Shown: piece after piece, positions 28,985-37,011 of the stretch
Numbering within the stretch: position 1 is the stretch's first letter
Layout of the letters: the number at the start of each line of letters is the position of its first letter
DNA from: a virus
Reading direction: 5' to 3' (one strand)
IMG/VR virus record: IMGVR_UViG_3300027509_000014
DNA length: 64,000 nucleotides
Notes under the pieces: generated by a model
The model's database searches: none
What the model saw: the letters and a program-made list of their open reading frames with translations, nothing else
Told to the model about the DNA's origin: nothing
Made by a program: the position numbers and the translations under genes

Positions 28985-29869
28985 ATGACTACGCAATTCG
29001 CCATCATGAAAACCTCAGAGTATCGTGCAGAAGTCAAGCGATGTAAGGCCGTGCAGGCCAGCCACCGCGTTGCCAACGGTATGGCCGCAACGACTCCTCG
29101 GGTTCTATCCGCACCTAAGGATATCTCAAAACTCGATAAGTCCGACACGGCTATCTACGGCCTAGCATTGGCCCAGAGTCGTCTTAGCGGGTTCAACGTT
29201 TGCCCACACTCCACACCGGACTGTGTGTCGTCTTGCGTAGGCAAGAATGGCAACGGTGCATTTAAGAGTGTCAAGCATGCTCGCATCGTTCGGACAAAAT
29301 TCTGGATCGACCACCCACAAGAGTTTCGCTTTCTCATAGCTCACGAAATCCGTTCGGCGCTGGTGCGCCATAACGGAAACGTAGAGTTTCGTCTCAACAC
29401 GTTTAGCGACGTTGAGTGGCAGACAGTAGCGCCAGAATGGTTTGCTATCGACGGCGCACACTTTTACGACTACACCAAAAATTGGGATCGTGTCGATATC
29501 TTCGGGAATTACTCACTGTGCTACTCGGTGACCGAACACACCACCGATGAGCAGATTGTCTCACGTTTGAGCGCAGGCGATACCGTTGCTATGGTTATCA
29601 ACGTACGCGGTGGCTACATCGCCAAAACTACAGACCTTCGACCTATCCCGACCAGCTTCGCAGGGTTCGATATCATCGATGGCGATAAGGAAGAAAACCG
29701 AGCCAGCGATCCCGCTAGCACGATTGTTGGCCTACGGGCAAAAGGATCTATGTTGCGCAAGAGCATGGCGCGACGTGTTGACACCATCGACGGTACGCTT
29801 GCCGTACTGCCAAAAGAAGCGCACACGGTTGCGGTCAAGCTTGGCCGCGGAGGTAAGGTACTGGCCTAG
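28985..29869 (+). CDS. GP88-like protein (radical-SAM-like fold)
   Basis: VCPHSTPDCVSSC; FRLNTFSDV; FYDYTK; IVGLRAKG. Confidence 0.8.
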   Translation: MTTQFAIMKTSEYRAEVKRCKAVQASHRVANGMAATTPRVLSAPKDISKLDKSDTAIYGLALAQSRLSGFNVCPHSTPDCVSSCVGKNGNGAFKSVKHARIVRTKFWIDHPQEFRFLIAHEIRSALVRHNGNVEFRLNTFSDVEWQTVAPEWFAIDGAHFYDYTKNWDRVDIFGNYSLCYSVTEHTTDEQIVSRLSAGDTVAMVINVRGGYIAKTTDLRPIPTSFAGFDIIDGDKEENRASDPASTIVGLRAKGSMLRKSMARRVDTIDGTLAVLPKEAHTVAVKLGRGGKVLA

Positions 29870-30187
29870 GCTAAGGCCGGTCTTAGATCGGCTCTAAGGG
29901 TTAGTGTGTGACCCTTAGAGCATCATTGCAGTGAGCTAGTCGGTATGTGTGGCCGACTAGCTCACTTTGCTTTTTGCGCTCATTTTTGAGAGTAAAGTCT
30001 CAAACCTAAGACTCACTAAAAAAACTCGGGATTAGCCCTCGTGGTCCATTCTGACTTAAAAAAAAAGAAAGTCAAGTAGTTTTGTAAAGTTTCTTTTACC
30101 CAAAATTGGGGTGCGAAATAGGTTGCTATTCTGTTGGCAATGTGTCTATAATGTGCATACACACAACCGGCTACGGAAGGCTTAGTA

Positions 30188-30526
30188 ATGATAGACATAA
30201 ATACAGATGAGGTATTTGACACCAGGGATTTGATTGAATGGCTCGAAGATGAAGATAACAAAGAAGACGATCCAGAACGCTATCAATTTATGAAGAGATT
30301 AGCCTCTGAACTCATCGACAACTGTGTCGATTATAGCTACGGTGAGACCGTCATCCCTAAGTCGGAATTCACCGAATACGCCAAGCAGCTGGCCGAAGAT
30401 GTCTTCGAAATGCCGAGTGACCTTCGCTGGCCGCTCACCTGCATCGATTGGGATGAAGCGGCCAGCGAGCTACTGATAGACTACACAGAGATTGAATTGG
30501 ATGGGGAAAACTGGTTTGTGAGATAA
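30188..30526 (+). CDS. acidic ArdA-like antirestriction protein candidate
   Basis: Very D/E-rich; EYAKQLAED...IDWDEAASEL resembles the ArdA C-terminal domain. Confidence 0.6.
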   Translation: MIDINTDEVFDTRDLIEWLEDEDNKEDDPERYQFMKRLASELIDNCVDYSYGETVIPKSEFTEYAKQLAEDVFEMPSDLRWPLTCIDWDEAASELLIDYTEIELDGENWFVR

Positions 30527-30812
30527 GGCTTTTCAAAACATTTCTGAAACATCCCGTCGCTCCAAAAGTGGGGTGGCGGGATGTTTCTCGGTTTTGGGGT
30601 TGTAAAGTCGTGGCCCCTAGGCTATGATGTAATCACACAAGCAAAAGGAACACACAATGAGCTTTTCACACTGGTATAACATCGACAACATGACCGACGA
30701 GGAAATTTGGGAACTCGAAGAGTCGTTGGCCGACGCTGAAATCGACCGCCAGATTGACGCACGTCGAGAGGAGGCTTGGAACTAAATTCTCACAAAAACT
30801 TTACCCCCGAGG

Positions 30813-30951
30813 TTGCCAAACGGTAGTCTCGGGGGTACACTTCGTTTTACGGAGGGAGGAACGAACACACCGCCCCTGCACTGGTTTGATTTACAAAATC
30901 TCTGGGTGGCCCGTCGTAGTTCATTCTGACGACCTTACCGTCGAATGTCAA
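30813..30951. ncRNA. convergent promoters enclosing GGAGGGAGGA-leader short RNA, copy b
   Basis: Plus: TTGCCA-N17-TACACT. Minus: TTGACA-N17-CAGAAT. Conserved sequence between them. Confidence 0.6.
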
Positions 30952-31043
30952 GACATTTGTAAAGTTTCTTTTACCCAAAGTTGGGGTTGCAAACCGTTTG
31001 TGGTCTGCCTATAATGTAGTCACACACAAGTAAAGGAACCAGT

Positions 31044-31376
31044 ATGAGCAATTATCCCGCACCCCTTACCATCGCAGAACTTCGCACAGCTCGCAGCTCG
31101 GTACTGTTCTCACTTGATCAAGCCACCACCAACGGTGAGCGCGCTGCGCTGCACCTCCTCGTGAAACGTCTTGATGCACTGATTCCTGCCGAATTGCAGG
31201 AAGTCGCCCGCATGGCCGACATCGTTGTACGGTACCATGCAACAAAGGACTATATCGACGCTATTGGCGACCTCCGCGCCCACTACCCAAGCCTGTCACT
31301 GCGTGAGGCTTATCACGCTGTAAAGAAGGCATACGACGACATCGGTCGCCCTATCCCTGCTCGGCCATCTCGATAG
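31044..31376 (+). CDS. hypothetical protein with bL12-CTD-like C-terminus
   Basis: YIDAIGDLRAHYPSLSLREAYHAVK. Confidence 0.65.
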   Translation: MSNYPAPLTIAELRTARSSVLFSLDQATTNGERAALHLLVKRLDALIPAELQEVARMADIVVRYHATKDYIDAIGDLRAHYPSLSLREAYHAVKKAYDDIGRPIPARPSR

Positions 31377-31412
31377 TTTCACGTGAAACATCCCGCCGTC
31401 CCAAAAATGGGG

Positions 31413-31550
31413 TTGCCAAAAGGTAGCCTCGGTGATAAAGTTTTGCCTACGGAGGGAGGAACGACCACACCACCCCTGCACTGGTTTGATTTATAAAATC
31501 TCTGGATGGCCCGTCGTGGTTCATTCTAACTGACCGATAGGCAAAGTCAA
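31413..31550. ncRNA. convergent promoters enclosing GGAGGGAGGA-leader short RNA, copy c
   Basis: Plus: TTGCCA-N17-TAAAGT. Minus: TTGACT-N16-TAGAAT. Offset 600 bp from copy b. Confidence 0.6.
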
Positions 31551-31658
31551 GAGATATATAAAAGTTTGTTTTACCCAATATTGGGGGTGCGAATAGGTTG
31601 CGAAAATGTTTGCAACCTGCTTATAATATAGACACACACATCCAACGAAGGAACTAGT

Positions 31659-32153
31659 ATGATAATCGAGACCGAATACAAGACGGCAAGCAACCTTGCC
31701 GAATACCTAGACCACAAGGCGACCGACCCCGAATGGGTATCCGAACAGGGTGGCCAATGGGCTTGGAACCATGCTGGCCTCATTGCAGTCACCCGAGTCC
31801 GTGAGTACGTCATTCTCACTGGTGACACCTTCTACGAAGGTGTCATAAAGTGCGAGAATGTTGACGCCGCGATCAAACTCGAAATGGAGTATGGTGTCTA
31901 CAGTGAGCATGACATTACGGTCAACGCTTACGAACGTCGGATCTACGATGGCGATTCACGCCAAGGCATCGACGTACCCAAAACCGATGGCGGTGATGCC
32001 GAGTGGCTCAAGCTGGCCGCTAAGGCTGTAGATGAGTACTGCGAGGCAACAGGGTGCTACCCCACCCCATGGGTTAGCTATGACTACTACGGAACCCCTG
32101 TGGGCTACCTTCACAACGATGGCAGTGTCAACCAAATGAAGGTGTTGTCATGA
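31659..32153 (+). CDS. hypothetical protein
   Basis: Own promoter; GAAGGA SD. Confidence 0.75.
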   Translation: MIIETEYKTASNLAEYLDHKATDPEWVSEQGGQWAWNHAGLIAVTRVREYVILTGDTFYEGVIKCENVDAAIKLEMEYGVYSEHDITVNAYERRIYDGDSRQGIDVPKTDGGDAEWLKLAAKAVDEYCEATGCYPTPWVSYDYYGTPVGYLHNDGSVNQMKVLS

Positions 32154-32257
32154 CTTAGGCACAACGACTCCAAGCCCGCCACCCCAGTTTTGGGGTGGCG
32201 GGATGTTTCTCGTTTTACAGGTTGCTTTTGTGTTGGCCATGCTCCTATAATGTTGAT

Positions 32258-32806
32258 ATGACAAACACACAAACAATCCCAAGCCCACGGACCCAAGCAA
32301 TTGCAGCGATGGACGCCAAAATTGCAGCCGGTGAAAAATTCGCTCCGCACGAGGTAACTTCGGAGCTGCACCGTATTGCGGTCAACTACGTTGAGCACTA
32401 CTCTGGCGATTTCTCCTACTTGGTGTCGATGACTGATCGTCTTGCCAACGGCTACGCAATCAACGCCAATCAGGCTAAGGGCATTCTTAACTGCTTGCTG
32501 GCCGAGCGCCGTCGCAATCAGCGCAGCACCGAGCCAGCGCCCGAGGGTATCCACCTTTTCCAAAACGAAGTTTACAAAGTACAGGCTAACAAGGCCGGGA
32601 CCGCAACGTACGCCAAGAAGCGTGTGGGGAGCCGTTGGGAGTACGTTGGCCAAGTAGCCTCACTGTCACCAGCCACGCTGCTTACATTGGCTCAAGCCAA
32701 GGCCATCGGCCATGAGACGGGCCACTGTGTAATGTGTGGCCGTGAGCTTACGGTCCCCGAGTCCGTCGCCGCTGGGATCGGCCCAGTGTGCGCTAAGAAG
32801 TTCTAA
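32258..32806 (+). CDS. DUF6011-like zinc-finger protein (leaderless)
   Basis: CVMCGRELTVPESVAAGIGPVCAKK; TATAAT-N6-ATG. Confidence 0.8.
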   Translation: MTNTQTIPSPRTQAIAAMDAKIAAGEKFAPHEVTSELHRIAVNYVEHYSGDFSYLVSMTDRLANGYAINANQAKGILNCLLAERRRNQRSTEPAPEGIHLFQNEVYKVQANKAGTATYAKKRVGSRWEYVGQVASLSPATLLTLAQAKAIGHETGHCVMCGRELTVPESVAAGIGPVCAKKF

Positions 32807-33024
32807 GACACTCGCTAGCGCCCCCGCCATAATGGCGGGGGTTGTTTGCGTTTTGCTCACCGTCGAGCACGCCAGTGTGCGCAGACTGTGGGCCTGCAAA
32901 AACTCGGGGTGGCCCGTCGTGGTTCATTCTAACTGACCTATAGGCAAAGTCAAGACATTTGTAAAGTTTATTTTTCTTCCTCGACAGGTTGCAAAACCGT
33001 TTGCGATGTGCCTATAATGTGTAC

Positions 33025-33201
33025 ATGACAAACACCAAAGACCCACGTTCCTTCAAAGAAGCACTTGATGCCCTCCACTCATCGGCTGACCGCAACGGAC
33101 GCCTACACCATGGGGATCACTCGCACGGCCGACAGGGCCAAGCGCTTGACCGTAGCGCAGCCAACGACTTGCGCATTCTGAGCAAGTTTTCCCAAAGTTG
33201 A
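33025..33201 (+). CDS. small His-rich protein (leaderless)
   Basis: TTGCAA-N18-TATAAT-N6-ATG. Confidence 0.65.
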   Translation: MTNTKDPRSFKEALDALHSSADRNGRLHHGDHSHGRQGQALDRSAANDLRILSKFSQS

Positions 33202-33367
33202 TAATCCAATTGCGAAAAGAGTCCCGATCACTTAGGTCGGGACCCTATCGCGTTTTGAGTTTTGTGACAAAATCTTTGGGTGGCCCGTCGTGGTTCATTC
33301 TAGTATATCCACAGACAAAGTCAAGACATTTGTAAAGTTTGTTTACTCACGACACTCATAAAAACCG

Positions 33368-34209
33368 AATTCAGTAATTACTGAGAAATTCAAAAAATTC
33401 AATATATCCAATTTCGGTATTTCTGGTGAGACTGAAATACCTTTTTCTGACATTTCTGACATTTCTGAGGCAATCTATCAAAACCTGATAACAAATTATC
33501 TCACGACAGGGTTGGCATTTCATCACTGCTGCCCCTATAATGTCTATACACACCTAAACGAAGGAAACGCTATGAACGTAACCGCAGACAACCTGAACGA
33601 TTTCATGACACTTGACCGTGTGGTCACTGTCCACAACGACGGCACCGTGAGCGATGCGCCAGGCCTAAGCGCCCCTGAGATTTGGGATGGCGAACTCGAA
33701 TCTTCCAATTGGGAGATCTTTACTAACCATACGGCCCAGCAGGGTGGTGGGAGCACCATGCACAACTGCGAGCATATAGGCGGCAGGCTGGCTAATGACA
33801 TACTGGCCGAACCGGGCACCTATGCAGCCGTAGGGTGTTGGTGGCATCCTGAGACGCTAGACGATGATGTAGATATGGAGGGATGGGCGGTAGTCAAGCT
33901 GATCGATGCCTAATCGGGCCTTAGCGCCTAGCGCCCCGAGCGCCGCGCCGGTGCGCCGCCGAAAAGTATAGTATATATATACTTTTGTTTTCCCATCTGC
34001 CATATTGGGGCGCCCCGGCCGAGAAAGAGAAAATTTTTGAGACTAGAATCTCAAAAATACCCCAATTATAGTATACCACGAAAACTTGGGGGTGTCAACC
34101 CCCAATATTGGGGTATAGCGATATTTTCTTGCGCGAGAATATTTTCTCACAGCTGAGACATGGGTTTCACAGCTGAGCGCGCAATATCAGTTTTGAGAAT
34201 AGCCTCTCT
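33368..34209 (+). other. tripartite element copy 3
   Basis: CATTTCTGA repeats with last ATTTCTG ending 33467; CCATCTG at 33993; palindromes at 34038, then 34134, 34154, 34174, 34194. Confidence 0.85.
33572..33913 (+). CDS. hypothetical acidic protein, filler of element copy 3
   Basis: TTGGCA-N18-TATAAT promoter; GAAGGA SD. Confidence 0.75.
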   Translation: MNVTADNLNDFMTLDRVVTVHNDGTVSDAPGLSAPEIWDGELESSNWEIFTNHTAQQGGGSTMHNCEHIGGRLANDILAEPGTYAAVGCWWHPETLDDDVDMEGWAVVKLIDA

Positions 34210-34354
34210 TTTGGCTGGCTTGTTTGGGAGTGTATCCGACCCTAGGCTTTTTCCCGATGTGACAAGCGTCACCTTTAAACCACTTGTAATTTTGCTATAG
34301 TGGCACCTGTCGGAGCGCAACGGGCGCACGACACACACACATAGGAGAAAAATT

Positions 34355-34588
34355 GTGAATGACGCAACTATCGTGCAGGATTTCGAGCTGGCCGAACGCA
34401 CTAGCCGGTTACCGAGCGAGGCCGTATTCGTTGGGTATCATCGTTTGGTGAATACGCTGGTCGGCGAAGATATGGCTATCGTCGTTAATGCGGTGGCCCC
34501 TACTCGACTCCCCGCCGATAGCCTGATGCGAATGACTGCTTTGGTCCACGACAACGTTCGCAAGGATCTCCGTAGTCTCTACCTCTAA
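34355..34588 (+). CDS. hypothetical protein
   Basis: ACACAC-AGGAGA leader. Confidence 0.65.
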   Translation: MNDATIVQDFELAERTSRLPSEAVFVGYHRLVNTLVGEDMAIVVNAVAPTRLPADSLMRMTALVHDNVRKDLRSLYL

Positions 34589-34674
34589 GCGCTAGTAGCT
34601 AGCTAGGCCGTACGGTAGCCCCCACTACCGTACGGCCTATGGTACTTACTAACCTCAAAAGAGAGATAATCACC

Positions 34675-34953
34675 ATGTTTGCATACACAATTACCATCAC
34701 TTCGCCTTACGCTACGCACAGCGAGACTGTTCTTGCGATGAACGCAAGAGACGCCGCGACCGAAGCTGTTGCCCTTATGGAGCATTTCACCGATCTCGAA
34801 AACGGAGTCTCATTTTCGGTCGAAGAGTCTACGGATAGTTTCGTGGGTGAGCGGTGGGAAGATCTAAAGGGTATCGCTCGTTGGGTTGGCACCGCTCGAT
34901 GTCTAGGTGCTGGCTCATCGCAAAACGGGGTCGTACCAGAGCCGCCCCTATAG
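34675..34953 (+). CDS. hypothetical protein
   Basis: Follows the hairpin/extended -10 element. Confidence 0.65.
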   Translation: MFAYTITITSPYATHSETVLAMNARDAATEAVALMEHFTDLENGVSFSVEESTDSFVGERWEDLKGIARWVGTARCLGAGSSQNGVVPEPPL

Positions 34954-35311
34954 GGTTGTTCACCGTAAAGACACCACCCCAAAAACGGGGTGGTGTCTTT
35001 TGCGTTTTGAACCGATACACTCAAGCCACACACACACATATAGGAGAATAAAATGGCAGTAGTAACCTACAAAGAGGCAGAAGTTCAGCTAGATACGGAG
35101 AATGGAATTTTTGCCGGTGGCAACGTTCAGGCAATTTTTGACCTAGTTGCATCCGTCGATGGCCACGGCAATTACGTCGCGAACGAGCGCAACGTTGACA
35201 GGTTGCTAAGTGACCTGATCGCAGACTAGTAGCTAGCTAGGCCCTACGGTAGCCCCCAATACCGTAGGGCCTATGGTACTTACTAACCACCCACACACAT
35301 AGGAGATTTTC

Positions 35312-35656
35312 ATGAGAGACAAAATTATAAACATCGCTACATTGGCCCTAGTGCTAGCGCTTATCCTGCTTATGGCTGGCGCTGTTGCCCGAAACGCCGA
35401 AAATGAATCGCACCTAATCGGCGCTAATGGCCATATTGTTTCGAGCTGCGACCCGGCCGACTTTACTGCCATGGCCGAAGATGACCCTTGTTGGCTCATA
35501 CAGTCGCCATGGTCCGACTACGTAGCCCCTTGGTACGCTATCGGCTCTGCTGACTACAGGACCGAACCTACGGCCGACATGTTGGCCGAACGTGATGAGT
35601 GGCTGGCCAGTATCGCAGACCAAGGATACGCAATTATTACGTACGCCAACGAATAA
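35312..35656 (+). CDS. secreted or membrane-anchored protein
   Basis: N-terminal hydrophobic signal; AGGAGA SD. Confidence 0.7.
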   Translation: MRDKIINIATLALVLALILLMAGAVARNAENESHLIGANGHIVSSCDPADFTAMAEDDPCWLIQSPWSDYVAPWYAIGSADYRTEPTADMLAERDEWLASIADQGYAIITYANE

Positions 35657-35687
35657 GCCAGCCAGCCAGCGAGCCAGCCAGCGAGAT

Positions 35688-35720
35688 AAAAGTCCCGGTT
35701 CCTAGAGCCGGGACTTTTTC
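35688..35720. terminator. bidirectional intrinsic terminator
   Basis: AAAAGTCCCGG-TTCCTAGAG-CCGGGACTTTTT. Confidence 0.8.
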
Positions 35721-35902
35721 GCGCTACTGCTCTCTAGCTCTCACAGTCCGTGGACTGTGGAACCGCATAAAAAACCGGTCGGTGGGTACGTACCCTATAC
35801 TACCCTATGCCACCAAAATGTCAAGACCCCAAAATTGGGGTTGAGGCATTCGCCCCTTAACCCGATACACTCAAACCACACACACATAGGGAGATTTACA
35901 AA

Positions 35903-36169
35903 ATGACCTTCACATCAATTATCGGATACTGGACAGACCGCAACGGCACTCCGCAACGCGAGATAGTCCAAAGCTGTAAGGATCGCGACGAGGCTTATGG
36001 CATCTACGTCGATACGGTAGCTGCTGGCACCTACGACTACGTGGGCATGGTTATAGGCGAGCAGTGCGAAGAACCCGTGGAATCCCACGGTGACCCTGCC
36101 CCTTTCCTTGGCCAAGACTACAGCTTTGGCCGCTGCGAAGGTGGTGAAAAGTTTTACGCTGATCTCTAG
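35903..36169 (+). CDS. hypothetical protein
   Basis: AGGAGA SD. Confidence 0.7.
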   Translation: MTFTSIIGYWTDRNGTPQREIVQSCKDRDEAYGIYVDTVAAGTYDYVGMVIGEQCEEPVESHGDPAPFLGQDYSFGRCEGGEKFYADL

Positions 36170-36293
36170 GCCAGCCAGCCAGCCAGCCAGCCAGCCAGAC
36201 ACGCCCCTAGGATTTTATTCCTAGGGGCGTGTTGCGTTTTGTCATGCTCGTGTGCTTATACTGTGGACACACACAACGAAAGAAGAAAATAAA

Positions 36294-36776
36294 ATGTCAG
36301 TTATCAAATTTGCACGCGGCACACGAGTACGGGTTGCAACCACTAATGGTGGCCGCGTTACTGGCGTTATCGCCAATGAGGTTAGCGTGGACCTGAGTCT
36401 TACCGATGCGCCACGCGGCTTCGCCTGCTCCGATGTTCGCATGACTTCAGTGATGAACATGTCCAACCCCTCGTCTCGATACACAATTGATGGTTATCGG
36501 GTTAGCTCAATTGTTGAGCTTGATAAGCAAACACATACCGCCGATGAACTTGCAAAGATCATCATGGGTAATGGTTGGGTAGCTATCTGGCACACTATGC
36601 GTAAAGGGGTATTCGTTCTCGCTTCCGACGAAAACGAATATCATGCTGGCGTCAGGGTTCCCGCAATTCAATACCTGTCAACCACTAGCGGAAAGGTTGC
36701 AACAAAAAACTACGGTAGCGTAATGATGTGCCCCACCAAGGCTATGGACTTCACGCCATCGGCACCCATTCTGTAG
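36294..36776 (+). CDS. hypothetical protein
   Basis: Follows hairpin and TATACT box. Confidence 0.65.
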   Translation: MSVIKFARGTRVRVATTNGGRVTGVIANEVSVDLSLTDAPRGFACSDVRMTSVMNMSNPSSRYTIDGYRVSSIVELDKQTHTADELAKIIMGNGWVAIWHTMRKGVFVLASDENEYHAGVRVPAIQYLSTTSGKVATKNYGSVMMCPTKAMDFTPSAPIL

Positions 36777-36786
36777 AATCCACTTT

Positions 36787-37011
36787 CGGCTAATCGCCAC
36801 CTAGGCCACTATCGGCCTAGGTGGCTTTTGTGTTTTTCTATGGCGGATTGCCAGCCTGCCAAGTCGCTCGACTCAGTAGAGATTTTGCCATAGTCAAGTA
36901 AAATCCAACACCGGCTAATCGCCACTTGGGCCACTATCGGCTTAGGTGGCTTTTGCAGTTTTCTATGACGGATTGCTCGCCTGACTAGTCGCTCGACTCA
37001 GTAGAGATTTT
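36787..37011. repeat. two about 100-bp imperfect direct repeats (125-bp period), each with a hairpin
   Basis: CGGCTAATCGCCAC...CTCGACTCAGTAGAGATTTT at 36787 and 36912. Confidence 0.9.

Larger units (their letters stand above)
12770..33545 (+). promoter_or_regulatory. array of at least 18 sigma70-type early promoters, consensus GGTTGC(A/C)A-N17-TAnnnT
   Basis: -35 boxes near 13777, 14535, 17695, 18385, 19817, 22347, 23759, 24469, 28063, 28393, 28626, 28912, 30123, 30813, 30987, 31413, 32989 and 33512. Confidence 0.8.
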
